DNA from: Pirellulales bacterium
GTDB taxonomy: Bacteria > Planctomycetota > Planctomycetia > Pirellulales > UBA1268
Direction of reading: 5' to 3'
NCBI GenBank assembly: GCA_040880915.1
Contig: JBBEEF010000239.1
Location: 17,867-53,353 of the forward strand
Length of the DNA stretch: 35,487 bases
Shown: positions 1 through 8,778 of the stretch, one piece after another
Layout: each line of letters opens with the position of its first letter
Position numbering within the stretch: position 1 is the stretch's first letter
The notes under the pieces: generated by a model
What the model was told of the DNA's origin: nothing
Database searches by the model: none
What the model saw: the letters and a program-made list of their open reading frames with translations, nothing else
Made by a program: the position numbers and the translations under genes

Positions 1-34
1 ATTCCTCAACCGCGCGGGGCATCGCCGCCTTCGT

Positions 35-92
35 CTCAAAAAGGGGACAGTCCCCCGGCTTCACTCAAAAAGGGGACAGTCGCCCGGCTTCA
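35..92. repeat. Tandem 29-bp duplication (2 units, 1 mismatch) that includes the moxR-like stop codon
   Basis: Read directly: 35-63 ctcaaaaaggggacagtcccccggcttca, 64-92 ctcaaaaaggggacagtcgcccggcttca. The last 3 nt of unit 2 (tca, 90-92) are the reverse-strand TGA of CDS 90..1112. Confidence 0.9.
38..55 (-). terminator. Candidate intrinsic terminator downstream of the moxR-like gene
   Basis: The minus strand reads GGGGACTGTCCCC followed by TTTTT (stem GGGGA/TCCCC, loop CTG). A weaker copy with one stem mismatch lies at 67-84. Confidence 0.4.
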
Positions 93-1112
93 CTTGACGA
101 ACTTGGGAATCTCGGGTTCGGGGGTCTCCTTCACGAGCCGCTCGATGATCGACTCGCTGGTGAGCCCCTCCGCCTGAGCCTGGAAGTTGGTGGCGATGCG
201 GTGCCGCAGGACGGGCACGGCGATCCGGCGGATGTCGTCGAGCGACACGCTGAACCGCCCGTCCATCGCCGCCATCGCCTTGCCCCCCTGGATCAGGAAC
301 TGGCCGGCCCGGGGGCCGGCGCCCCAGTCCACCAGTTGGGCCACGTAGGGGGGCGCCTGCGGATCCTTCGGCCGCGTCGCCCGCACGAGCCGAGCCACAT
401 ACTTCACGATGTATTCGCTGACCGCCACGCTTCCGACCACCTTCTGGATGTTGACGATCGCGCGGCCGGAGAGGACCTTGCGAACTTCGGGCTTCTCCAG
501 CCGCGTGGTCGCCATCAGAATCTGCTCTTCCTCGGCGGCCGTCGGATAGCCAACCTTGATATTGAACATGAAGCGGTCGAGCTGGGCCTCGGGGAGCGGA
601 TAGGTGCCCTCCTGCTCAATCGGGTTTTGGGTGGCGATCGTGAAGAACGGGTCGGGCAGTTTGTAGGTCTCCTGCCCCACCGACACCTCCCGCTCCTGCA
701 TCGCCTGGAGAAGCGCTGCCTGCGTCTTGGGGGGCGTGCGGTTGATCTCATCGGCGAGGAGGATGTTGGTGAAGATCGGGCCTTCGACGAAGCGAAACAC
801 CCGCCGCCCCTGCTCATCGTCAAGCACGTTGGTGCCGGTGATATCGGAGGGCATCAGGTCGGGCGTAAACTGGACCCGCTTGAATCCCACATCGAGGATC
901 CGGGCGAGCGTCGAGACCATCAGCGTCTTGGCAAGCCCCGGCACGCCCTCGAGCAGGCAGTGCCCGCGGGTGAAGATAGCGGCGAACAGCTGCTCGATCA
1001 CATCGGTCTGACCGATGATCACCTTCTGGAGTTCCTCCTGCATCAGCCGCCGGTGCTGGGCGAACTCCTGCAGGATGTCATCGAGCGTCTTGGGGCGGGA
1101 TGCGGTTGACAC
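90..1112 (-). CDS. MoxR-family AAA+ ATPase
   Basis: Carries the Walker A-like GVPGLAKT and the typical MoxR blocks IIGQ...LLEGVPGLAKT...FTPDLMPSDITGT...NILLADEINRTPPKTQAALLQAMQE. I place the start at GTG 1112, about 25 aa before IIGQ. The ORF is open to 1190, so the start is uncertain. Confidence 0.9.
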   Translation of the reverse strand: MSTASRPKTLDDILQEFAQHRRLMQEELQKVIIGQTDVIEQLFAAIFTRGHCLLEGVPGLAKTLMVSTLARILDVGFKRVQFTPDLMPSDITGTNVLDDEQGRRVFRFVEGPIFTNILLADEINRTPPKTQAALLQAMQEREVSVGQETYKLPDPFFTIATQNPIEQEGTYPLPEAQLDRFMFNIKVGYPTAAEEEQILMATTRLEKPEVRKVLSGRAIVNIQKVVGSVAVSEYIVKYVARLVRATRPKDPQAPPYVAQLVDWGAGPRAGQFLIQGGKAMAAMDGRFSVSLDDIRRIAVPVLRHRIATNFQAQAEGLTSESIIERLVKETPEPEIPKFVK

Positions 1113-1273
1113 GCCTGTCGTCCTGGGAGGTGCCGGAAACTCTGCCGAGCGGGGAGGGTTTAGTATCGGCCCTGCCACGCCACACGGCAAACCCCGGGCC
1201 CGCCGAGCGGGTGCCGACCTGCTACGATTATTCGGGACGTAGTGGCTTCTTCATCTTCCGGAGACGTCGGACC

Positions 1274-3658
1274 ATGCACTGCACACGCCGCCTGCGGCTC
1301 GCTGCCGCGTTCGGTCTGGTGCTGGCCTGCCTGGCAGCCTGCGGCGGGAGCCAGCTCGCCGCCGCCGAGCCGCTCGCAGCGGGCGAGATCCAGCGGGCGG
1401 TCGAGAAAGCCCGCGACTTTCTCGTGCGGCAGCAGAAGGGGGACGGCTGGTGGGAGGCGATGCACTCCGCCGACAAGCGGGTGGGGGCGACGGGGCTCGT
1501 GCTGCTCGCATTGGCCAACGCCGGACTCGACGACACCGCCCCCGCGGTCCGCCGGGGCCTCGCCTGGCTCCGAACCCAGGTGCCCAACGACACCTACGCC
1601 GTGTCGCTTCAGACCATGGCCCTGGCGATGCTCGCGCCAGAGGCTGATGCGGCGATCCTCGCCCGCAACGTCGCCTGGCTCGAGGAGGGCCAGGTGCGGG
1701 CCGGCCCGGGCGCCGGATCCTGGTCGTACAAGCAGACCCCGGGCGGCGGCATCGGCGACAACTCGAACACACAATTCGCATTGCTTGCCCTCCACGAGGC
1801 GGCCCGGGCCGGGATTCCCGTCCGCGAAGAAACATGGGTTCGCTCGCAGCAATACTGGGCCTCCTGCGCCAACGCCGACGGCTCCTGGGGCTACTCGGGC
1901 CGCTCTCCCGGCACCGGCAGCATGACCTGCGCGGGCATCACCAGCATCTGGATCACGGCGGAGCATGTCGGCACGCCCGACGCCCGCGCCGCCCAAGCTA
2001 CCGTGTCCTGCTGTGGCGGCGGCCAATCACCCCAACTGCTCGAGCGGGGCCTCGACTGGCTCGGCCGCCGGTTTAGCGTGACTCAAAACCCGGGCACCGG
2101 CGGCGACACCTGGCTCTATTACTACCTCTACGGCCTCGAGCGGGTGGGGCGGTTCACGGCCCGGCGATACATCGGCGAGCATGACTGGTACCGCGAGGGG
2201 GCGCGGATGTTCGTGGACGCCCAGGATCGGCTCAGCGGCCAGTTCGTAGCCCGGCGGATCGAGGATGCCACGGTTGCCACGAGCTTCGCCCTCTTGTTTC
2301 TCGCAAAGGGCCGCCGGCCGGTGATCGTGGCCAAGAGCCGCCATTCACCAGACGCCGACTGGAATCGCCACGGCCATGACATCGCCCACCTCGTCGAACA
2401 CGTCGAGTCGCGTTGGCAAAAGGACTACCCAGCTGGTCTCTCCTGGCATGTCCTCGACGCGCCGGCGGCAAGCCACGCCGATCTCATGCAGGCGCCGGTG
2501 TTCTGGCTGTCGGGCAAGTCGCTCTTCGACCTCGGGCCCGATGCTGGCCGGCGGCTGCGAGCCTACATCGACGACGGGGGCTTCATCTTCGCCGAGGCCT
2601 GCTGCCCGCGGAGCGAAGAGTTCGACCGTCGGTTCCGCCAGCTCGTGGGGGAAATCTTCCCCGAGCCCGAATACCGGCTCAACCTCCTGCCCCCTGAGCA
2701 TCCGGCCTGGAATGCCGAGGAGATCGTGCCACCGGGGCTCCAGCGGCCGCTCCTGGGAGTCGACTACGGCTGCCGCACGAGCCTGATCTACGCCCCGGCC
2801 ACCGACGGCGAAGCCAAGGGAGGGATGCCGAGCCTCTCCTGCCTGTGGGAACTCGGTGGCCCCGCGCGGAAGCGGCTCCCCCCCGCCGTCCTGCGAGAAG
2901 TCGAGGCGGCGCTCGCGATCGGGACCAACGTGCTCGCCTACGCCACCAACCGGGAGCTCAAGCGAAAGGACGAGCTCTTCGACGTCGCCCCGCCGGCCGA
3001 CGCCCCGGCCCGCCAGTTCGAACGGGGGCAGCTCGCGATCGGCAAGCTGCGGCATGCCGGCCAGTGCGACGCCGCCCCCGCGGCACTCGCCAACATTCTC
3101 CGGGCCGCCGCCCGCGAAACCGGCATCCGGGTCGACGACGTGCCCGCCCTGATCGATCCGGCCGACGAGGCCCTGTTCGACTACCACCTGGTATTCATGC
3201 ACGGCCGACAGGCCTTCGCCTTTGACGCCTCGCGGCGGGAGCGAATCGGACAATTTCTCGAGCGGGGCGGCACGCTGCTGGCCGACTCCGTCTGCGCCTC
3301 GACGGCGTTTACCGCGGCCTTCCGCCAGGAGATCGCCCAGATCCTGCCGGGCAAGCCGCTCGAGGAGATTCCCGCCGACGACCCGATCTTCACCGCCGCC
3401 GAGTACGGGGGCTACGACATCCGGGAGGTGACCCTCCGCGAGCCGGCCGGCGGAGACGGGCCGCTGGGCGTCCGCAAGCGGCAGACAACGCCTCGGCTCG
3501 AGGGCATCCGGCTGGGCGACCGGTGGGCGGTGATCTTCTCACCATACGACCTCTCCTGCGCGCTTGAGAAGCAAAACTCGATGGAGTGTTCCGGCTACGG
3601 CCGCGACGACGCCGAGAAGATCGCCCTCAACATCGTGTTGTATTCACTTCATCAGTGA
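1274..3658 (+). CDS. Secreted protein: prenyltransferase/terpene-cyclase-like alpha/alpha-toroid repeats plus two DUF4159-like domains
   Basis: ATG 1274 gives a signal peptide (MHCTRRLRLAAAFGLVLACLAACGG). The N-terminal half has repeated QxxDGxW-type motifs (QQKGDGWW, ANADGSWGY). The C-terminal half has two DUF4159-like segments (YIDDGGFIFAEACC; FLERGGTLLADSVC ... WAVIFSPYDLSCALE). Confidence 0.8.
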   Translation: MHCTRRLRLAAAFGLVLACLAACGGSQLAAAEPLAAGEIQRAVEKARDFLVRQQKGDGWWEAMHSADKRVGATGLVLLALANAGLDDTAPAVRRGLAWLRTQVPNDTYAVSLQTMALAMLAPEADAAILARNVAWLEEGQVRAGPGAGSWSYKQTPGGGIGDNSNTQFALLALHEAARAGIPVREETWVRSQQYWASCANADGSWGYSGRSPGTGSMTCAGITSIWITAEHVGTPDARAAQATVSCCGGGQSPQLLERGLDWLGRRFSVTQNPGTGGDTWLYYYLYGLERVGRFTARRYIGEHDWYREGARMFVDAQDRLSGQFVARRIEDATVATSFALLFLAKGRRPVIVAKSRHSPDADWNRHGHDIAHLVEHVESRWQKDYPAGLSWHVLDAPAASHADLMQAPVFWLSGKSLFDLGPDAGRRLRAYIDDGGFIFAEACCPRSEEFDRRFRQLVGEIFPEPEYRLNLLPPEHPAWNAEEIVPPGLQRPLLGVDYGCRTSLIYAPATDGEAKGGMPSLSCLWELGGPARKRLPPAVLREVEAALAIGTNVLAYATNRELKRKDELFDVAPPADAPARQFERGQLAIGKLRHAGQCDAAPAALANILRAAARETGIRVDDVPALIDPADEALFDYHLVFMHGRQAFAFDASRRERIGQFLERGGTLLADSVCASTAFTAAFRQEIAQILPGKPLEEIPADDPIFTAAEYGGYDIREVTLREPAGGDGPLGVRKRQTTPRLEGIRLGDRWAVIFSPYDLSCALEKQNSMECSGYGRDDAEKIALNIVLYSLHQ

Positions 3659-3770
3659 TCCGCACCGCTCGCTATCCATGCCGCTCGCTCACGCAGAGGA
3701 AAGTGGCTCAAGGGGGCTGGCGATCGGGATCTGATGCAACCGCCGGGGGCTTTGGCTGGCAAGCACGTTC

Positions 3771-4454
3771 TCACGAGTCGTCCCGCGAACCCGTGAGGAA
3801 ACTCGCATAGTAGAGCAGTGTGAACACGCTCTGCAGCGTGCCGGCCACGTAGGTCCAGGCGGCTGCGTTGAGCACCGAATTGACGGCCGGCATGTCGGCG
3901 ACCGGCACGATCCCCAGATGGACCAGCTGCGCCTTGGCTCGGTTGCTGGCGTCGATCTCCACCGGCAGGTTCACGAGTTGGAAAAAGACCGTGCCCGCGA
4001 AAAGCGCGATCCCGAGCCAGGCGACGGGCTTGAGAGCGATCGCCAGACCAATCATGAACACGATCAGCCCCAGGCCGCTGCCGAAGTTTGCCACCCCGAC
4101 CGCCGCGTTGCGGATCGACATGAGCGAGTAGTTCTCAGCGTCTTGGAGGGCGTGGCCCGCTTCATGGGCCGCGATCCCCACCGCCGCCAGCGATCGCGAG
4201 TCGTAGACGTCCTGCGAGAGCCGCAAGACCTTGGCCTGGGGGTCGTAATGGTCGGTGAGGTGGCCGGCCACTGGCTCGATCGTGACCTCGGTGGCACCGG
4301 CTGAATCAAGGATGTGGCGGGCGGCTGCGGCCCCAGAAAGCGGGGCCGGCTCCCGCGCGGCCGCGGCAAACGACGACTGCACCTTCCACTGGGCCCACAT
4401 GGCCAGCAGCATGGCTGGGGCGATCCAGACGAAATACATGGGGTCGAAAAACAT
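3771..4454 (-). CDS. YugP-type membrane zinc metallopeptidase (Zn_peptidase_2 family)
   Basis: The start MFFDPMYF is typical of the family. Also present are the HEAGH zinc motif (AAHEAGHALQD), the NxPVEIDAS block and hydrophobic segments. Confidence 0.85.
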   Translation of the reverse strand: MFFDPMYFVWIAPAMLLAMWAQWKVQSSFAAAAREPAPLSGAAAARHILDSAGATEVTIEPVAGHLTDHYDPQAKVLRLSQDVYDSRSLAAVGIAAHEAGHALQDAENYSLMSIRNAAVGVANFGSGLGLIVFMIGLAIALKPVAWLGIALFAGTVFFQLVNLPVEIDASNRAKAQLVHLGIVPVADMPAVNSVLNAAAWTYVAGTLQSVFTLLYYASFLTGSRDDS

Positions 4455-4564
4455 CGGAATTTCTCCAGCCTGGCACGAAACCGCACACACCGTGCTCGCA
4501 GCGTATTCTAGCCACGGGGCCGCCAGCCGGCGGCCCCGACGTCTCTCGAGCGACCGGTCCAATC

Positions 4565-5806
4565 ATGTTCTACGCACGACCTGCCCGCCTGGTTCCCCGC
4601 CTGGTGCCCCGCCTGGTTCCCCGCCTGGTGCCCCGCCTTGTGCACTTATTCGGCAGGCCTGCCCGCCGTCCGGGTCTTGGTCTCTTGGCCGCCCTCCTCG
4701 GCATGGCCGGCTGCGGCAGCCCGCGCCAGCAGTCACTCTCCGAAACGGCAGCGATCGAAGAGCCGGCCGCCCTCTGCGAGCGGATCGACGCGGTGCTCGC
4801 CGCGGCGCGGGACACCCGGCGGCTCGACGCCTCCGTGCATGGCGCCTGGCAGGCGGTCCACGGAATCCTGGCCTTCGGTGCCGGCCTCCCGCTCGCACAT
4901 GGCGGCGACGTCTCGCCCGCTCTCGACTACCTGCTCGGCGGCGGTCCGATCACCGGCTGGGCTCTTCGCCCCGGCGATCCGGGGGTGATCGCCGTGGTCG
5001 AGGAGGGCAGCACAACCGGCCAGGGGCATCCCGACCAGTGGCTCGGCTATCTCTCGCAGTGTGGTGTGGCTAGCGAAGGTCTGGCCCTTGTTGGCGGCCT
5101 GCCGCTCGAGACGCCGCTCACGGTGGCTGGCAGGTCGTTCACGCTGGCCGATCTCTTTGCCCAGGCCCGGCACGACATCCGGCCAGGCCAGGAGGCCTCA
5201 TGGACGCTCATGGCGCTGGCGGCTTACCTTCCGCCTACTGCTGAGTGGCGGGCCGGAGACGGCCGCCGCTGGACGACGGAGGATGTCGTGCGGATGGAGG
5301 CTGAGAGCGACATCATCGGCGCGGCCTGCGGCGGCACCCACCGCCTCTACGGCCTGGCGGCGGCAGTCCGGGCCTACCGCGACGCCCACGGCGAGCCACC
5401 ACCGGAAAGCGGCTGGGCAGCCGCTGAGGAGGTGCTCTTTGACTACCTCGACCGCGCCCGGCAGTTCCAGCAACCGGACGGCAGCTTCTCGGTGCACTCC
5501 TTCGACCGGCCCGGTCGCTCGCCCGACGTGTTCGCCACGCTGGCCGCCACCGGCCATATCTTCGAAGTGCTCGCGCTCGTGCTCGACGACGAGAGCCTCA
5601 CCGAGCCGTGGGTGACGCGAGCGGCAAAGCGGCTCGTGACGCTTCTCGAACGGACGGCCGACGTCGACGTCGAGTGCGGCGGCCTCTACCACGCAGCCCA
5701 CGGCCTGGCGATCTACCGCCGCCGCATCTGCCCGCCCGTGCCGGCGACCATTCCGGCAGCCACCCCCTCGCCCGACCGGTCGCTTTCCCGGCCGGAAGCC
5801 GATTGA
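4565..5806 (+). CDS. Conserved hypothetical lipoprotein
   Basis: Long ORF with coding-like composition. It has a lipoprotein-type signal (RPARRPGLGLLAALLGMAGCGS). The alternative start GTG 4640 would place the signal peptide at the very N-terminus. I do not recognise the family. Confidence 0.6.
   Translation: MFYARPARLVPRLVPRLVPRLVPRLVHLFGRPARRPGLGLLAALLGMAGCGSPRQQSLSETAAIEEPAALCERIDAVLAAARDTRRLDASVHGAWQAVHGILAFGAGLPLAHGGDVSPALDYLLGGGPITGWALRPGDPGVIAVVEEGSTTGQGHPDQWLGYLSQCGVASEGLALVGGLPLETPLTVAGRSFTLADLFAQARHDIRPGQEASWTLMALAAYLPPTAEWRAGDGRRWTTEDVVRMEAESDIIGAACGGTHRLYGLAAAVRAYRDAHGEPPPESGWAAAEEVLFDYLDRARQFQQPDGSFSVHSFDRPGRSPDVFATLAATGHIFEVLALVLDDESLTEPWVTRAAKRLVTLLERTADVDVECGGLYHAAHGLAIYRRRICPPVPATIPAATPSPDRSLSRPEAD
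4584..4643. repeat. Five tandem 12-bp units (cccgcctggt[t/g]c), alternating variants
   Basis: Read directly. If ATG 4565 is the real start they translate as (PRLV)x5. If GTG 4640 is used they lie in the divergent promoter/5' leader. Confidence 0.9.
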
Positions 5807-5856
5807 TACGCTCGCTGGTGGGCAGGTGGCTGGCCGTCCCTGGAAATATCCTCCCC

Positions 5857-7365
5857 GTGCACGGACTCATTTTCTTCTACATCCAGAAGTTTGCCGACAC
5901 CCTGGCGGCGGCTTCGTCGGCCACCGTCTCGGGCGGGGCACTGCGGTCGAGCGTCATCGAGCGGTCCGCGGGCTACCTACCAGCCGGCACCTACCCCGAC
6001 GCGGAGGCGGTCGGCCTCTTGGAGTCGATCGCCGCCCACCTCGGAGAGCCCCTCGACCACACCTTGACACGCTTCGGCGAGTTTCTCAGCCCCCACCTTG
6101 TGAAGGTGGCCGGGCCGCTGCTCGACCCGGCCTGGCGGACGCTCGATCTCCTGGAGCACACCGAGGATCTGATCCACGCCATGGTCCGCACCACGCGGCC
6201 GGGAGCCGAGCCACCGGTGCTCGAGGCGGTGCGGGTTGGTCCGACCGAGCTGCATCTCGTCTACAGTTCCCGGCGGCGGCTCTGCATGCTCGCCACCGGT
6301 CTCGTGCGGGGCATCGCCCGGCACTACGGCGAGAAGGTGATGATCGAGGAACCGGGCTGCATGCTCCGTGGCGACCCGTTCTGCTCGTTTGTCGTCCGCA
6401 GCGTGGGACGCGACACGCACGCCTCCGGCTCACCTGCATGCGAGACGGTCGTTCTGCCCCCGGGAGCGGCCTCGGTCTCGGTCATGATCGACGAGGTCGG
6501 TAACGACCCGGGGCTTTATGACGACCTCGACCGCGAGCCTGTGCCGGCCCGAATCGGCAACCACCCAGTGCTCGGCCTGATCGGCTCGGGTGCGATGGGG
6601 CAGGTCTACCTGGCCCGAGACGAACTGCTCGACCGCAGCGTGGCCATCAAGGTGATGCGTCGCTCGCGGGCCCGCGACGCCGGGGCCCGGCAGCGGTTTC
6701 TCCGCGAGGGCCGAACCGCAGCGGCCATCTGCCATCCGCATGTGCTCACGATCCATGGCGTAGGCGAGCACGAGGGGCGTCCCTATCTTGTGATGCAGTA
6801 CCTCGAGGGGCTGCCGCTGTCGGCCTGCCTGATGCCGCTGCCGGTGCCGGTCGTGCTGCGGATCGGCCGGGAGATCGCCACGGGGCTCGCCGCCGCCCAT
6901 GAGCGGGGCCTCGTCCACCGCGACATCAAGCCCGACAACGTGTTTCTCGAGGGGCCGAGCCGCAGCGTGCGGATCATCGACTTCGGTCTGGCCCGCGGCA
7001 TCGAGGATGATTCGGCCACGATCACGGTCGAGGGGGCCGTGGTGGGCACGCCTGCCTACATGCCACCGGAACGGATCAACGACGACGTCCTCGACGCCCG
7101 CAGCGACATCTTCGGCCTCGGCGTGATGCTCTACGAACTGCTCTCCGGCCGCCTGCCTTACAAGGGCAACTCGATGGTGGCGATGCTCGCCGCGATCTCC
7201 CGGGGCAACCCGGTGCCGCTATCTACTGTGGCGGCCGCCACACCACCCGAGGTCTCAAACCTCGTGATGCGGCTCATGGCTCAGCGGCGGGAGGACAGGC
7301 CGGCCGACGCCCAGACGGTCGCCACGGAACTGGCCGCCCTCGAGCGCCGCTTCGGCGGCAGCTAG
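5857..7365 (+). CDS. H-NOX (heme NO/O2-binding, HNOB) domain fused to a Hanks-type Ser/Thr protein kinase
   Basis: GTG 5857 gives MHGLIFFYIQKF, an HNOB-like N-terminus. Candidate proximal His lies in EDLIHAMV, and a YxSxR motif (YSSRR) follows. The kinase half carries GSGAMGQVY, AIKVM, HRDIKPDNVFL, DFGLA and GTPAYMPPE. Upstream ORF sequence (5608-5856) overlaps the preceding gene and looks non-coding. Confidence 0.8.
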   Translation: MHGLIFFYIQKFADTLAAASSATVSGGALRSSVIERSAGYLPAGTYPDAEAVGLLESIAAHLGEPLDHTLTRFGEFLSPHLVKVAGPLLDPAWRTLDLLEHTEDLIHAMVRTTRPGAEPPVLEAVRVGPTELHLVYSSRRRLCMLATGLVRGIARHYGEKVMIEEPGCMLRGDPFCSFVVRSVGRDTHASGSPACETVVLPPGAASVSVMIDEVGNDPGLYDDLDREPVPARIGNHPVLGLIGSGAMGQVYLARDELLDRSVAIKVMRRSRARDAGARQRFLREGRTAAAICHPHVLTIHGVGEHEGRPYLVMQYLEGLPLSACLMPLPVPVVLRIGREIATGLAAAHERGLVHRDIKPDNVFLEGPSRSVRIIDFGLARGIEDDSATITVEGAVVGTPAYMPPERINDDVLDARSDIFGLGVMLYELLSGRLPYKGNSMVAMLAAISRGNPVPLSTVAAATPPEVSNLVMRLMAQRREDRPADAQTVATELAALERRFGGS

Positions 7366-7378
7366 CTGGCAGCTAGCT
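7357..7378. repeat. Perfect tandem 11-bp repeat (ggcagctagct x2); can fold as an 8-bp hairpin (AGCTAGCT-GGC-AGCTAGCT)
   Basis: Read directly. It spans the kinase TAG stop (7363-7365) in the 44-bp convergent gap before hisS. It may act as a bidirectional terminator, but there is no T-run. Confidence 0.5.
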
Positions 7379-7409
7379 ATCGCCTGGGGCGGTCTCTAGC
7401 CTGCAGCGG

Positions 7410-8747
7410 TCAGCGGCCGCGAATCGCATCGAGCCCGACGGCCACGGCCGCGGCAAGCACCTCGGGGTCACCGCCCCACTCGATCGTGGTGGCGGTCTCG
7501 GCGACCATGTCTTTGAGCTGGGCGGTGCCCTTGGCAAACTCATCACCCCCGATCACGAGGGCCAGGGGAATGCCCCGCTTGCTCGCGAGCTTGAGCTGCT
7601 GGCCCAGCTTCTTTGGCTCGGGGAAGAATTCGACGGCGATCCCCGCCCGCCGCAGGGCCGCGGCGATCCGCAGGTAGTCGGCCAGGCGGGCAGCGTCAAA
7701 CTGAACGAGGAACACCTCGGCCGGCGTCTCGGGGCCGCCGGTGGCCCCCAGTTCCTCGAGACCCGCCAGCAGCCGGTCGATGCCCAGCGACGCGCCGACG
7801 CCCGGCAGCGGCTGCTTCGTATAGAGGGCCGCGAGGTTGTCATACCGCCCCCCCGAGCAGACGCTGCCAAGCGCTGGGAGGTCGTCGAGAAAACTCTCGA
7901 GCACGATGCCGGTGTAGTAGTCGAGCCCCCGGGCGATCGAGGGATCGATGACGACGCGGCCGGCTGGCACGCCGGCCGCCGTCGCCCCTGCCATGAGCCC
8001 CTCGAGCGCGGCCACGCCCACGGCGCCCGTGGCGGTTGTGCCGGCCAACTCGGCCAGCCGTCCGAGGACTTCGGCGGGCGGCCCGGCGAGGCGGGCCATC
8101 TCCAGGAGCGTTGCCACCGCGGCCTCAGCCACGCCCTGCCCGGTGAGTTCGGCCGCCACAGCCTCGGGCGTCGCCTTGCCGAGCTTGTCGAGGCTCCGCA
8201 GCACGTCGGGAGCCCGGTCGGCGAGGCCGAGCCGCTCGAGGATGCCAGCCAGCACCCGCCGATCGTTGAGCTTGATCGTAAATCGCTCCAGGCCGATCGC
8301 GGCCAGGAGGTCATGGACAACGAGCACCATCTCGAGGTCGGCCACGGGGCTCGTGGTGCCGATTGTGTCGAAGTCGCACTGCATGAACTCGCGGTACCGG
8401 CCCCGCTGCGTGTTCTCCCCCCGCCACACGGTTGCCATGTGGTATCGCTTGAAGGGCAGGCCGAGTTCATTCACATGCTGGGCAGCAAACCGGGCGAAGG
8501 GAACGGTGAGGTCGAACCGCATTCCCACCTCCCGGCCACCGTGGTCAGTAAACCGGTAGAGCTGCTTGTCGGTCTCCTCGCTCCCCTTGCCGGTCAGGAT
8601 CTCGAGGTATTCAAGCGCCGGCGTGTCGATCGGCGCGAAACCGTAGGAGCGGTAGACGCGGCGGGCCACGTCCAGCACCCGCTCCCGGACGAGGGCCTGG
8701 GCCGGCAGGTGGTCGCGGAAACCCTTGAGGGTGCGTGGCTGGATCAT
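7410..8747 (-). CDS. hisS: Histidine--tRNA ligase
   Basis: MIQPRTLKGFRD start, then MRFDLTVPFARF, YHMATVWRGENTQRGRYREFMQCDFD and GGGRYDNL motifs. The 138-aa N-terminal extension in the ORF track is Arg/Ser-rich, overlaps the next gene, and is rejected. Confidence 0.95.
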   Translation of the reverse strand: MIQPRTLKGFRDHLPAQALVRERVLDVARRVYRSYGFAPIDTPALEYLEILTGKGSEETDKQLYRFTDHGGREVGMRFDLTVPFARFAAQHVNELGLPFKRYHMATVWRGENTQRGRYREFMQCDFDTIGTTSPVADLEMVLVVHDLLAAIGLERFTIKLNDRRVLAGILERLGLADRAPDVLRSLDKLGKATPEAVAAELTGQGVAEAAVATLLEMARLAGPPAEVLGRLAELAGTTATGAVGVAALEGLMAGATAAGVPAGRVVIDPSIARGLDYYTGIVLESFLDDLPALGSVCSGGRYDNLAALYTKQPLPGVGASLGIDRLLAGLEELGATGGPETPAEVFLVQFDAARLADYLRIAAALRRAGIAVEFFPEPKKLGQQLKLASKRGIPLALVIGGDEFAKGTAQLKDMVAETATTIEWGGDPEVLAAAVAVGLDAIRGR

Positions 8748-8778
8748 GTGGTCACTACCGGGCCCTGCCCGGCGAAGC

